Source: a virus (Duplodnaviria; Heunggongvirae; Uroviricota; Caudoviricetes). Taken from it: DNA of 64,000 nt. The stretch is from the IMG/VR virus record IMGVR_UViG_3300028833_000081, positions 7,731 through 71,730 of that record; one strand, given 5' to 3'. The position numbers and the translations under genes are program-made. The notes below the pieces were generated by a model. That model did no database searches, was not told where the DNA came from, and worked only from the letters and a program-made list of their open reading frames with translations. Below, piece after piece: positions 37,094-47,310 of this stretch. Every line of letters begins with the position of its first letter. The stretch's first letter is position 1.

Positions 37094-37951
37094 CTAGCTT
37101 TCAGCTTCAGACAGGAGCTTAGTTGCAACAAGCTTAAGTCCTTCGCTATACTTGCTGTACATCATCGGGTTCTTTCTCACCACTTCCTCGATGAATGCCC
37201 TACAACATTTTAGTCTATAACGGGTAGCCTCCTTGCCACCGGGGTATGTTTTGGCATTCTCATCCTTCAAGAATATATCCTTTGCCCAGCTATTATTGCT
37301 ATACAATCCGAATGTCAATTCGAAAAGACCAGTCATGAGAGCAGCATCTTGTTCGCTAACCTTTAGGGTGTTTTTGAACAGTGTAACTTCGTCATCAGAC
37401 GATGATATCAATGGTATCAACTCGGAAGGTGTATCTAGCAAGTTCTCATAGACGCTCTGTGCAAAGCTGTAGATATTTGTCTTATCAGCACCGCACTTCT
37501 TTATGAGCACATTTCTTAATGTAGATGAACCCTTGTTAGACTCGCTGGCAAAATCTCTGAATGCCGTAAAGTATTTCATGATTTTTTCTGGGAAAATATT
37601 ATACATAACTGTCTCAGGAAATCGTATACCCGGAGTAGCAGCTAGAACTGCGGTTATAATGTACTCTTTTTCCTTATCAGTTTTTTCTACTCGTACTGGT
37701 GCATCAAAATTTATCCCTGGCCTGTTAATAAACGGCAGGAATCTTCCCATGTCTCCATTGCAGTCTAGAATAAGTCTGTCGTCAAGATCGTCTTTGAGTA
37801 TAAAGTCATAGATATAGCCAGGATTATCAGAGTCCTCTATCACAAGAGTATGCGAAAGATAGTTATATCGCTGGCTCATTCGTCCGGCACAAGGAATAAT
37901 CTTCGGCTCACCCGAAGAATCTGTCTGTATAGTTATGGCGGTTTTAAGCAT
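37094..37951 (-). CDS. Hypothetical protein (285 aa)
   Basis: GGAG RBS. Confidence 0.8.
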   Translation of the reverse strand: MLKTAITIQTDSSGEPKIIPCAGRMSQRYNYLSHTLVIEDSDNPGYIYDFILKDDLDDRLILDCNGDMGRFLPFINRPGINFDAPVRVEKTDKEKEYIITAVLAATPGIRFPETVMYNIFPEKIMKYFTAFRDFASESNKGSSTLRNVLIKKCGADKTNIYSFAQSVYENLLDTPSELIPLISSSDDEVTLFKNTLKVSEQDAALMTGLFELTFGLYSNNSWAKDIFLKDENAKTYPGGKEATRYRLKCCRAFIEEVVRKNPMMYSKYSEGLKLVATKLLSEAES

Positions 37952-37996
37952 GAATTCTCCGATAAAAATTGCGATAGCCTAAGCTATCGCTTTATG

Positions 37997-38455
37997 TTAA
38001 AAGACAATGAATACGCTCTTTTGTTTGCGTTTCAGTTCTTCATCGCTCTTACGCTGTTCCATAAAGAACTTCACTACTTCCTCAATAGGAGTCGGTTTGA
38101 AGTCAAAGGAGATCGGAGTAAACCTCGGAGTGATGCGTCTGAGCAGATCTTCAGTGAGCCTTGCCTGTCTTTCTTTTTCACGACGACGTTCTTCGCTCTT
38201 TTCCCTGGCCTTCTTAATGGCTTCCTGTCTCATGCGGAAGATATCGCACTGCGTCTTCACAATTTCATGCACATCAAAGCCTTCGTCGGCGTCGTTGATG
38301 GAATGAAGAATTCTGGAGGCAAGCATCATCTTCTTTGCTTGTTCTTCAAGGTTGTTATAGGTAAGAATGGCAATTTTCTTTTTTGTCTCTACTTCGTAGA
38401 TAACAAAAGCCATCTTATCCTCGTAGTGTTCAGTCTGGATGAAGTAATTACTCAT
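37997..38455 (-). CDS. Hypothetical coiled-coil protein (152 aa)
   Basis: Overlapping operon arrangement. Confidence 0.75.
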   Translation of the reverse strand: MSNYFIQTEHYEDKMAFVIYEVETKKKIAILTYNNLEEQAKKMMLASRILHSINDADEGFDVHEIVKTQCDIFRMRQEAIKKAREKSEERRREKERQARLTEDLLRRITPRFTPISFDFKPTPIEEVVKFFMEQRKSDEELKRKQKSVFIVF

Positions 38456-38714
38456 CTTCCTCTTCCTCTCTTTCGGGGTTAAGTTTACTTTCAGGTTTTG
38501 GTAGTGTTTTGTTGAGAAATACCTTTACGCATTTTTTGCATCTAGGTGAATATCTCATTGGCCCATGTGTGCAAGTCCAGCACACATCACTCATTTCTCT
38601 AGCAATAGCGTTATATCTTGTGACGGAGAATAAGTCTACTTGTTTAGTATGATTATTTTCTGTACGAACGCCAAAGTAGATTGGGTCTAAAGCTACGATG
38701 GACTCTTCTGTCAT
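38448..38714 (-). CDS. Hypothetical Cys-containing protein (88 aa)
   Basis: CWTC..CKKC; GGAG RBS. Confidence 0.7.
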   Translation of the reverse strand: MTEESIVALDPIYFGVRTENNHTKQVDLFSVTRYNAIAREMSDVCWTCTHGPMRYSPRCKKCVKVFLNKTLPKPESKLNPEREEEEDE

Positions 38715-38905
38715 AGCTCTCCTTCGATCTCTTCTATTTCGAAATCATCTGGATCAAATTCTGAAATTCGTTCTATAACAGTGTTTTTAGAAATTTCTTC
38801 TGTCCATCCCTCATAGGCTAAGGTGAGATCTTCATCATGAAAAATTCGCAGTACGTAATCTTCATGCGCACAATCCCAAGAAAACTGATAAAGGTATTTC
38901 CGCAT
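38711..38905 (-). CDS. Hypothetical protein (64 aa)
   Basis: GAGGTG RBS; overlaps the next gene. Confidence 0.7.
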   Translation of the reverse strand: MRKYLYQFSWDCAHEDYVLRIFHDEDLTLAYEGWTEEISKNTVIERISEFDPDDFEIEEIEGEL

Positions 38906-38924
38906 TTGTCACCTCGCCATCATT

Positions 38925-39347
38925 TTATATATTGTTCTCTAGCTGATCTTTCTTTGCTTTTTCTTTTTCAAGAAATTCAGCTCTATAAGTTTTGATGGCG
39001 TTCTTACGGTCTTCAGTCCACCACCGTTCTTTGCTATTCTCTAATGCTTCAATGAACTTCGGATCTCTCCTACGTTCACGCATTCTTTCCGAGTTTGCCT
39101 TAGCAAATTCTGGGTTTTGGTGCTGTGCAACCATCTTGCACTTCATAGAGCAGAAAATGGTATACCCAGTACCGATGGACTTAAACTGAGAAGGCTTTCC
39201 GCAGATTGGGCAAATCCCTTCCGACTTCCGAATTAGATACTTGTCATAGTATTCCTTCGGTGTCATGCCATGTGACTGGCAATGGTTAGCCAATGACCTA
39301 GCACTTTTAAACATCCTTTTGCATTCTTGGCATTGAAAGGCAGACAT
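38925..39347 (-). CDS. C2H2 plus Cys4 zinc-finger protein
   Basis: CQEC..NHCQSH and CPICGK..FCSMKC; no nuclease motif seen. Confidence 0.7.
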   Translation of the reverse strand: MSAFQCQECKRMFKSARSLANHCQSHGMTPKEYYDKYLIRKSEGICPICGKPSQFKSIGTGYTIFCSMKCKMVAQHQNPEFAKANSERMRERRRDPKFIEALENSKERWWTEDRKNAIKTYRAEFLEKEKAKKDQLENNI

Positions 39348-39356
39348 GATAATTCC

Positions 39357-40346
39357 TTATTTACGATAATAGTGTTCAGCTACAGCTACGGCTGCTGTAT
39401 AAATAGTTTCGTCAGCAGAGCATGGGAAGATCGGCTTCCATTCTAAGACTCCCTCATTAGCCTTTGCTTTGCTGTTACAGATATAAACCTTTTCACCTAC
39501 CTTGATCTTTACTAGATCTTCAGAGATGAGGTTCTTAAGCTTCATTTCTATTTCAATGGTTCCAAGGCTTTCGTAGATAGGCGCAAGCCTTTCACGCTTA
39601 CTGGTGTCTACGATAACATAACCGCAGATATCAAGCTTAAAGTGTCTCAACCCTGCAGGGTCTTCCATATTGAGATACTCATAGTCAAGCCTAAGATTGC
39701 TATTGAAGTTCGAGTAGAACATGTTCACATTATTTACAAGATTCTCAAGATTAGCCTCGACATCCTTGAAAGCCATAGCTCCATTGAGTTTCTTTTTCAA
39801 ATTGTTGTTCTTGTAGAAGGCAACGAAAGACTTCTCTTCATAGCCGAGTTTATACTTTACCATGAAAGCTGTACCAATGACGGAAAAATCAATTATTACA
39901 CTGCTGAACCTTTTCCTGAGATTGTGAGCCTTAGTAAAGACCTTACCGAGATTGATATCTTCTTTTACTCTACTTTCCTGTGGAAGCTTGATCTTGTCAG
40001 TTATGAAATCCTGCATATCCTTATTTTCAATAGGAAGAACATGAATATCACGAGGAGTAGAATTGAAGGCACAATCCTCTGGTCTACAGATGAAATTCAG
40101 CCTTATGTACTGTTCGTAGCTAGGAGTTCCTACATGAACATATGCTACATTATCTATGTAATCTTCCGAATGGTATGTATAGTAGATTAAGTACTGAGCA
40201 GGACTTCCTTCACAGGTATGGTACTTTTCTAAATAGTCCATGACATGATTATTGAAATTCTTCTCGACATATTCCTTGCGTTTCAGCAGATAGTAGTCTG
40301 CCGAGAAGAAGACCTTATAGATAAAGGCTTTGATTAGTTCCCACAT
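39357..40346 (-). CDS. Hypothetical protein (329 aa)
   Basis: ORF in the minus-strand run. Confidence 0.75.
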   Translation of the reverse strand: MWELIKAFIYKVFFSADYYLLKRKEYVEKNFNNHVMDYLEKYHTCEGSPAQYLIYYTYHSEDYIDNVAYVHVGTPSYEQYIRLNFICRPEDCAFNSTPRDIHVLPIENKDMQDFITDKIKLPQESRVKEDINLGKVFTKAHNLRKRFSSVIIDFSVIGTAFMVKYKLGYEEKSFVAFYKNNNLKKKLNGAMAFKDVEANLENLVNNVNMFYSNFNSNLRLDYEYLNMEDPAGLRHFKLDICGYVIVDTSKRERLAPIYESLGTIEIEMKLKNLISEDLVKIKVGEKVYICNSKAKANEGVLEWKPIFPCSADETIYTAAVAVAEHYYRK

Positions 40347-41815
40347 AGTTTATACTCCTCTGAATAGTCCTCGACTTCGGGCTCGTTCAGTCCGATCAAT
40401 TTATTTTCGGATAAGCCATAAGTGATCAATTCGTCTTCAAGTGCCTTGTATCTCATAGAGTCGGCAAAGTCGTTGTTCTTACGACCCAGACGGTAGTTCT
40501 CGTGGACTTCTTCAATGATTTGGTTATTGTATTCATTCAGTTCAAGTGCAGAGCGTTCATCCAGATTGCGGTAGAAGCAAGCTCTAAAGTAATTCTTGAA
40601 GTGATACTTTCCCGGTTCCTCGGAAAGTTTCTGAACGAGATTAATGATACCATCATTCACGTTCTCAAGGATCTCACTGGAGTCTGAATTAAGTTTAAAA
40701 TTACGTTGTGCAGCTACAAAATAGTCAGAATCAAACGATGTGACATCCATCAAGAAAAATCCTGAATCTTTTTTAGCATTCTTTAATTCACGTAGAGTCT
40801 TGACCTTGTGTTCTTTAAAAATGGTCTGAATACGGTTTACGCCGATCTTCGAAGTATTCTTGCCGTTAGCAAGATCAAGCTTCAAGTCCTTTAGCTTCAG
40901 AATGATATTCTTTTCGGTATCAGTTCTGTATAAGCACTTGTCAGAACCTTGCTTGATGATTCCGTTATCACAAAGCTCGGCGAAAAGCATTCCGTTATAC
41001 ACGCCATTAGATAGAGAACGGTCGATCTCTTTATTCACAAAGGTCTTTCTAGTAACCATTTTAGGAACGGAAGCTTTCTGTACATTTTTGAGTTCTAAAA
41101 TTCTTTCCTCGTGATCATGCTTTCTGTTAACCTTATGATATCTATAGAAATTTAGCTCTTCTACATTTCCTTTGAGTAGACCGAATACAAACTCTGGGAC
41201 AACTAGTCTGCGGAAGCCTTCATATGCCCTATACATGTTGTTTATGAAAGTCACAACAAGGAAAAACAGATTTCTGTTGGACAATTCTCCTCCGCTAGTC
41301 TCGACAGCATAACTGATATTCTCGATCATATGCTTCAGGGCTACACGGATTTCTCCAAGGATATAGGAATAGTCTGCATGGTAAGACTTAGAGTAGCCGA
41401 ATTTAGAGGCGCAAGATTCAAGTCTTTCCATAAGTCGATCATATAGAGCTTTGCACCTACGCAGTGTATCAAATCTTCCTTGTTCATCATCGTAGGTAAC
41501 GAATTCGGTAGACATGTTCAAAGCAAACTGGTTAGTAGTCTTATACCTTGCAAGAGCTACAGAGAGCCTTACTAGCGGATCGTCACGGTCAATAATAATG
41601 TCCGAATTAACCATATCGTAATCTGGAATCTCGTTCATCACTCTAAGTTGCACACGACGGTCATACACGATAGGCGTAAATGTATCTTCAAAGCGTTTCT
41701 CGGAAACAAGATTCCTGACCATTTCTCGGTCATTCATTTCTATTCTCTTTACAAAGTCACTAAATACAGGATTGGACTTCCGATCATGTATCTTCTTAGC
41801 AAATTCGATTAGCAT
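40334..41815 (-). CDS. Hypothetical protein (493 aa)
   Basis: GGAG RBS. Confidence 0.8.
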   Translation of the reverse strand: MLIEFAKKIHDRKSNPVFSDFVKRIEMNDREMVRNLVSEKRFEDTFTPIVYDRRVQLRVMNEIPDYDMVNSDIIIDRDDPLVRLSVALARYKTTNQFALNMSTEFVTYDDEQGRFDTLRRCKALYDRLMERLESCASKFGYSKSYHADYSYILGEIRVALKHMIENISYAVETSGGELSNRNLFFLVVTFINNMYRAYEGFRRLVVPEFVFGLLKGNVEELNFYRYHKVNRKHDHEERILELKNVQKASVPKMVTRKTFVNKEIDRSLSNGVYNGMLFAELCDNGIIKQGSDKCLYRTDTEKNIILKLKDLKLDLANGKNTSKIGVNRIQTIFKEHKVKTLRELKNAKKDSGFFLMDVTSFDSDYFVAAQRNFKLNSDSSEILENVNDGIINLVQKLSEEPGKYHFKNYFRACFYRNLDERSALELNEYNNQIIEEVHENYRLGRKNNDFADSMRYKALEDELITYGLSENKLIGLNEPEVEDYSEEYKLCGN

Positions 41816-41912
41816 ATTGTCTCCAGTGGTGGTTCATTTTTAAGTTCGGAAACAATGTTTTGTATTCTTCAATAAAAAGTCCGCTAAACCAGCGTTTAGC
41901 GGATATTAATTA

Positions 41913-42692
41913 CTAATGATGTGTCGGTTTCTTAGGCTCTATCTTTGTCGATAGTGAAGCCTTGGCTACCTTTCTAATCCTAGCCTTTTGAGTGCTCTTG
42001 GACACCTGACCTTGAACCTTGATGGTCATCTTTCCGGTCTTACGGTTCTTACTCACCCTGAAGCCAGACTTCTTCTGTAGCTCTCTAACCTGTTTCTTAG
42101 CTTCATTATACTCATCAAGCTTCTTCTGGAAAGACATAAACTTGCTAAGGAGCACAGTTAAGTTAGCCTTACCCTTGGAGAGTTCCTTAAGAGCCTTCTT
42201 GAAATGGTACTTGTTTTCCTGAAGCCAGTAGCACACGAACATGATAGACTTTTCAAAGCCGAACAATGCTTCCGGGTTTCTAGTTTCAGGAGCCTGTTGC
42301 CAGAAGATAGGAGGGAACTTTCGTTCAAGCCAAGGTACGGTCATGCCTTTTTGCTTTGCAACATAAGCATATGTAAAAGCAAAGGAAGGCATGTTGGTCA
42401 TGACTCTAACTTCGCTATCAAGAATAGAATTAGAGTTATCATCAGGGCTTGGAATAACCTCAATAACCGTATCATAGTATACCTTAACCTTCTGATAGAA
42501 TTTTTCAGACATTACCTTAAAGAACAGAATCCAACCCTCACCGGACGGTCTGTCATATACTGTAAGCTCGAAGCCGCCAATACCTTCCTGAAGCGCCATT
42601 CTGCGTTTCAGGTCATTGATTACGGTATATCTGGCAGCAACGTTTCCAGTACCCTTACCGACCGGGTTGTTCAATAGTTCCTTGAAGGTCAT
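41913..42692 (-). CDS. Hypothetical basic protein (259 aa)
   Basis: AGGAGT RBS; Lys-rich C-terminus. Confidence 0.8.
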   Translation of the reverse strand: MTFKELLNNPVGKGTGNVAARYTVINDLKRRMALQEGIGGFELTVYDRPSGEGWILFFKVMSEKFYQKVKVYYDTVIEVIPSPDDNSNSILDSEVRVMTNMPSFAFTYAYVAKQKGMTVPWLERKFPPIFWQQAPETRNPEALFGFEKSIMFVCYWLQENKYHFKKALKELSKGKANLTVLLSKFMSFQKKLDEYNEAKKQVRELQKKSGFRVSKNRKTGKMTIKVQGQVSKSTQKARIRKVAKASLSTKIEPKKPTHH

Positions 42693-42701
42693 GGTTTACT
42701 C

Positions 42702-43886
42702 CTAGTAGGCTTTTTGCAAGGTTAGAGCCAAGTAGACTGCAATAGCTCTTTCTATATTTAGTTTCGTAGCTGCTCTTGTAGAGGTTCTATATGTATCCGA
42801 AGATGCTCTTGCCATTTTTCCAATACTATCGAACAATTTCTTAAACACAATGTCCTTATTAGTCTTCTTAACAAGAGTCTTGGATACGAGAATACCGAAG
42901 CCTTTAGCCTTGATGAACCTAAGCTCAAAGTCCTTCAGTGTTCTAGAGAAGTAGTCAAGGCAGCAGATGATAAAATCCTTGGCATCCTGAGTGTTGGAAA
43001 CTTTGATTCGCTCCATCATGCCCATGATAGCCTTATCGGAAATACCGATAATCATCGAAGCAGTAAGTTTGCACAATACAGGATCAATATCATTCCTAAT
43101 AAAAAACATCTCAAATTTCGTAGCCGCTTTCTGTATTGATCCAGAGGCTGTTTCGATGTCTTTTGTGTATTCTTCTCCTTCTTCGTCAACAGCATCTGAA
43201 CTAACAGCATTTAAGAAATTTCCTTCTTCAAAGTTACGATAGTATACGGTAGAGATATTCTGAATAGAAAGGTTCAGCTTGTTTCTAGAAGAGGAAGGAT
43301 ATAGCCAGATGTCAGAATCCTTAGATTTCAACAAAGCACTTCCGTTCTTCTTAATCATTGCATCGGAGCAGTAGATGAGGAGCTTAAAGACACTTCCAAG
43401 CTTTCTAAGAAGAAACTTGTCGCTAATGTTGTTTACTGTATAAACCATAGCTTCCTCTTTAATGCCTTGAGGGAAGTACTTGTTAATCATCTTTTCATAA
43501 AGCCAGATAAAGAAGAATACAGATATCAGGTTGGCAGTCTTCATGTCCTTCATGGCGATGAGCTGTCTGATAATCATAGTACAGCCCAGATACATCGGAG
43601 CCTTGTACATGACCATACCAGCCTTGACATTCTTCTCATTAGTATTCTGAATAGCGTCTGCAATAATGTCTTTATCAGTACCACAAAGCTCAAAGAATTC
43701 ATCCTGATCTTTAACGGTGATCAGGGTATTCGGAATCGTAAAGTAGGTCTTGGAGAGGGCATCGCTATTAATCGATATCCTGTTTTTGACAAATGTTTGA
43801 ATCTTGCTAATCTGTCCGGGCTTCTTCAAAGCTCTAGTAATGGATGGCGCAAGTTTCACAAATTCTGCATCAGATGCCATGATCAA
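42702..43886 (-). CDS. Hypothetical protein (394 aa)
   Basis: AGGAG RBS. Confidence 0.8.
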   Translation of the reverse strand: MIMASDAEFVKLAPSITRALKKPGQISKIQTFVKNRISINSDALSKTYFTIPNTLITVKDQDEFFELCGTDKDIIADAIQNTNEKNVKAGMVMYKAPMYLGCTMIIRQLIAMKDMKTANLISVFFFIWLYEKMINKYFPQGIKEEAMVYTVNNISDKFLLRKLGSVFKLLIYCSDAMIKKNGSALLKSKDSDIWLYPSSSRNKLNLSIQNISTVYYRNFEEGNFLNAVSSDAVDEEGEEYTKDIETASGSIQKAATKFEMFFIRNDIDPVLCKLTASMIIGISDKAIMGMMERIKVSNTQDAKDFIICCLDYFSRTLKDFELRFIKAKGFGILVSKTLVKKTNKDIVFKKLFDSIGKMARASSDTYRTSTRAATKLNIERAIAVYLALTLQKAY

Positions 43887-43976
43887 ATCTCCTATTTCAT
43901 AGAAGAGTTTTGGTAGCTTAATTTTTATTTTCTTTCTATAAATAGAAGAAAAAAAAATAAAGCGGATTTCTCCGCT

Positions 43977-45017
43977 TTACAGTCTTCTTAAATCTAGCTT
44001 TTTGTAGACGTGCTTTATCTGAGAGGCTTCTACTCCAAAGTCCTTTCCCAAAGTATTCCTCATAATGGCTATTTTGTAGCCGAGGATCTTAGGAAATTTC
44101 AATTCTCGTAGTTCCTTTATGATGTACTCGTCTGCAACATCGTTATCTGCAAATATAGAAATCTTCTGATCAAGATACCCAAGTTCAGTAAAGAAGTCAA
44201 TGATTTTTGCCGGACTCTTTCCGAGACAAGCAGCAAACACATGATCCTTTCTTAGACTGGGAAACTTGTTGTAGATGCCGATAAGGTCAAAGATTCCTTC
44301 TGCTATAACCAGATTCAAGGATGTTTCCTTTAAGTCCAGTCTAGTCTTGAAACAGTACATTCGCTCGCTCTTCTTTTGAAAGCGGACTTCCTGATACCGT
44401 TCCAGACCTTCTCCTTCTTCGGTATTACGGCAGATTAAGCCATGACAACCGGAGTCAGAGAATATAGCAAAATGGTCTGCTAAGTCCTTCATCGTTTCTC
44501 TCTTTGCAGGTAATGTCACAATCCTATTTACTTTCCAGAATTTCCTCAAGTCAGGGATGATCCCAAACTTTTCCAATTCTTCATTGGAGAATTCAACGTT
44601 AAACCTTTCGAAGATATACTTGGAAGTTATAGAACTGCGATCCTCATTAGTGATAGGCGGCACTTTCAGTTGAGCCGATAGACCTTTTACGATGCTTTTG
44701 ATGTTGTCCTTTCTTATTTCGGAATGCTCTGCAGCAGATGCCTTGACAGCCTGTTTGTTTTGCTTCAACGCTTCTTCAATCTCCGGCGTAATCTCTACAT
44801 CGTACATCTTGAGAAAGTCAGCATTAATAGCTCCACTCCAGTTACATCTAAAGCATTTATACAGGAACGGATAATTCCTAGTAATAGAAAGATGTGCGTG
44901 ATCCTGTTTGTCAGAATCGCCGCACTCTCGGCATCGGATTATACGATGATTTCCTCCGTCAGTAATCTGAGTAAATTCATCATACGCATCTAACAATGCT
45001 CGTTCGATAATATGCAT
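43977..45017 (-). CDS. dnaG: DNA primase-like protein (zinc finger plus TOPRIM)
   Basis: CRECGDS..HAH..CFRC zinc domain; IAEGIFD and FADND TOPRIM motifs. Confidence 0.8.
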   Translation of the reverse strand: MHIIERALLDAYDEFTQITDGGNHRIIRCRECGDSDKQDHAHLSITRNYPFLYKCFRCNWSGAINADFLKMYDVEITPEIEEALKQNKQAVKASAAEHSEIRKDNIKSIVKGLSAQLKVPPITNEDRSSITSKYIFERFNVEFSNEELEKFGIIPDLRKFWKVNRIVTLPAKRETMKDLADHFAIFSDSGCHGLICRNTEEGEGLERYQEVRFQKKSERMYCFKTRLDLKETSLNLVIAEGIFDLIGIYNKFPSLRKDHVFAACLGKSPAKIIDFFTELGYLDQKISIFADNDVADEYIIKELRELKFPKILGYKIAIMRNTLGKDFGVEASQIKHVYKKLDLRRL

Positions 45018-45022
45018 ATAGC

Positions 45023-46459
45023 CTACACAATGAGTTTAATGAACATCAATAGATTCTGTTCAAGAATTTCAAGATTGATTTCCTGATCTTCTCCGTCAGG
45101 ATCCGTATAAGACGTTCTAAAAGCTAATTCAAAAATTCTTGTAATGGGGTTGGCTTTATCGGCACGTTCCCCGATGATGCTGCTAACTTGAGAGACAACT
45201 TCTTTGTATCGCTTCTCCTCTCGGATATACGACAACCGCTTATCCAAAGCTTTTTCCTTGGCAGCAGTCATAGTTGCTCGTTCAGCTACTTCAGCGTACA
45301 TGAGCTTAGACAGTTCGTGCATATGGAACTTTTCCAGAATTACGATAATCAAGCTAATGATGTAGGAATACTTTTCCTTCGTCAAAGAGTTGATAATCTC
45401 CATAGAGGAAACACATTTACTCATGATTGAGAATAGGACGATGTTACGCTCTTCAGTCGGCCTGAATTCCTGAATAGGAGCTTCAATGTCAACATGATAT
45501 GTGCGTTTTATTCTTGCTATTGCATCATCGATCGCAAAGTCTTGTTCACAGAGTAGGAACTCGTCATGCTCACTATAGTTTCCAGACTTATCAAACACTG
45601 AAGCACTATCAGCATCAAGCAAACTATTGAAGGAGCTGTACTCCTTCGGAAGCTTACTTCTGAAACTGAAAGACAGCTGTCGCCTTAACACGACATATAG
45701 GAATGTAATCACATTTTCTGTGAGCCTTAGCTTCGGAATAATGTCCGTTATCACCCTACTGTAGATTGCATGAATCTGCTGAGACTGACTCAAACCTACG
45801 TTACTTAAATAGCTCCAGATGAGCATATCAGTGTACTCGGTTGAAGCAACCCTAGCAGATACCAGCCTGTGCAACTTGTTTTCAAGCTTTACAGGACGGT
45901 CATAACAGGTGGCAGAAATTTTCTTTAGAATCTTAAGGAAGAACTCGGCAAGACACTCTCCGCAGTCTCCAAGCTTTTCATTCTCTCCGTAAATTCCAAG
46001 TATTATAGGAGAGATGAATCGATACAGATATGCGGCGGTCAATAGACCAATAACATGATCTCTATGCCAGATCAGTTCTTCATTAGGCGTTGTGATTCTA
46101 GTCTCAACCTTGTAATTTTCATCACAATACTTGTACACCGTCTTCAAGATCGGATCTATGATAAGCTCTAGAGACTCTTCTAGAGATACAAGCGAAATGA
46201 TTTGATGATTTACAGATTGGTTTAGCAAATTAGCGATAGTCAGAAGAAGCTCAACCTCATCTACCTCGTCAATATTCAGGATCTCAGCCCAAGTTTCTGC
46301 AATGTCTGCACACTGGTTACTATAAACCCTTTTCTTGTTAAAGGTTAGATTTTCGATGGCTTTATTTTCAACTCCAGTAATCGCACATAACCCACTCAGC
46401 TTTAGGCCGGATGAAGTTCCATTGATCACTAGACTTACTTCTTCTTTTGTTTCGTCCAT
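45023..46459 (-). CDS. Putative sigma-like promoter-specificity subunit of the phage RNAP (AR9 gp226 / phiKZ gp68-like)
   Basis: 478-aa helical protein two genes from the chaperonin, which as I recall matches AR9 gp226/gp228; TATATTAT at 46487-46494. Based on size and synteny only. Confidence 0.5.
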   Translation of the reverse strand: MDETKEEVSLVINGTSSGLKLSGLCAITGVENKAIENLTFNKKRVYSNQCADIAETWAEILNIDEVDEVELLLTIANLLNQSVNHQIISLVSLEESLELIIDPILKTVYKYCDENYKVETRITTPNEELIWHRDHVIGLLTAAYLYRFISPIILGIYGENEKLGDCGECLAEFFLKILKKISATCYDRPVKLENKLHRLVSARVASTEYTDMLIWSYLSNVGLSQSQQIHAIYSRVITDIIPKLRLTENVITFLYVVLRRQLSFSFRSKLPKEYSSFNSLLDADSASVFDKSGNYSEHDEFLLCEQDFAIDDAIARIKRTYHVDIEAPIQEFRPTEERNIVLFSIMSKCVSSMEIINSLTKEKYSYIISLIIVILEKFHMHELSKLMYAEVAERATMTAAKEKALDKRLSYIREEKRYKEVVSQVSSIIGERADKANPITRIFELAFRTSYTDPDGEDQEINLEILEQNLLMFIKLIV

Positions 46460-46620
46460 CTGATTTTTCTCCTTGCGGTTCTGTATATAATATACAATCT
46501 CTGATGGTTCTTTCCTTAGTTTATAAAAATTGCAATAAAAAGTTCTTTAAATAATCTTATAAAATAAAAAATAAAAATCTTAAAAATTAGTATTTAAAGT
46601 TAGTATAACTTATAATTGCT

Positions 46621-46646
46621 AAAGAAAATCTTTAAAGATTTTCTTT
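46621..46646. repeat. Perfect 26-bp palindrome in an AT-rich divergent intergenic region
   Basis: AAAGAAAATCTTTAAAGATTTTCTTT is its own reverse complement. Confidence 0.9.
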
Positions 46647-46746
46647 TCTTCTTTTGCCTCTTTTCTTCTTTTCTTTTTGAAAAATTACGGTACATAGATA
46701 TTCCACAAATAACTTAACTAAGGAATGAACCAAACCAGGAGTAACT

Positions 46747-47277
46747 ATGACACATGAAGAACGTAAATCAAAGCTTGAACGTCATGAAATGGCCTTATCT
46801 ATTTCTATCGCTAGAAACCTTGCCAGAACTCAGGTTCATACACTGATCGAGATGTACGCCAACTTTGCAGTATTGTATGGTGAACGGGAAAGCTTCCTTA
46901 GCTCGATCTTCTCTTTCGGAAAGAAGACCAAAAATTACTGGCTTAATATCAAAATCCATGGTATCATTGTACTAGCTAAAGATAAGTACTATGCTAACAT
47001 ACGTACGGCTATTCCGTACGACTATGAGGCATACTTTAGGGCGTATGACTACTATCTAAGAATTGCCCTTAAGAGCGACAGGGTAAACTACCTTAAGGGC
47101 TTCAGAGATTCCGCACCATCGGACAAGTACCTCGATTATGCTATCGCTTATATCGATAGATTCTATTCTGGTAGAGACCAATATTTGAGCGAATGTAGCT
47201 TCTTTAAGTACAAAGTACCCTCATATAAGAAGCAACAAGCCATCAAGAAAAAACTCCTTGAAAGATGGTGGAAATAA
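46747..47277 (+). CDS. Hypothetical protein (176 aa)
   Basis: AGGAG RBS. Confidence 0.8.
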   Translation: MTHEERKSKLERHEMALSISIARNLARTQVHTLIEMYANFAVLYGERESFLSSIFSFGKKTKNYWLNIKIHGIIVLAKDKYYANIRTAIPYDYEAYFRAYDYYLRIALKSDRVNYLKGFRDSAPSDKYLDYAIAYIDRFYSGRDQYLSECSFFKYKVPSYKKQQAIKKKLLERWWK

Positions 47278-47310
47278 CTTTTCAATAATAAACTTAACCA
47301 AAGGAACAAT

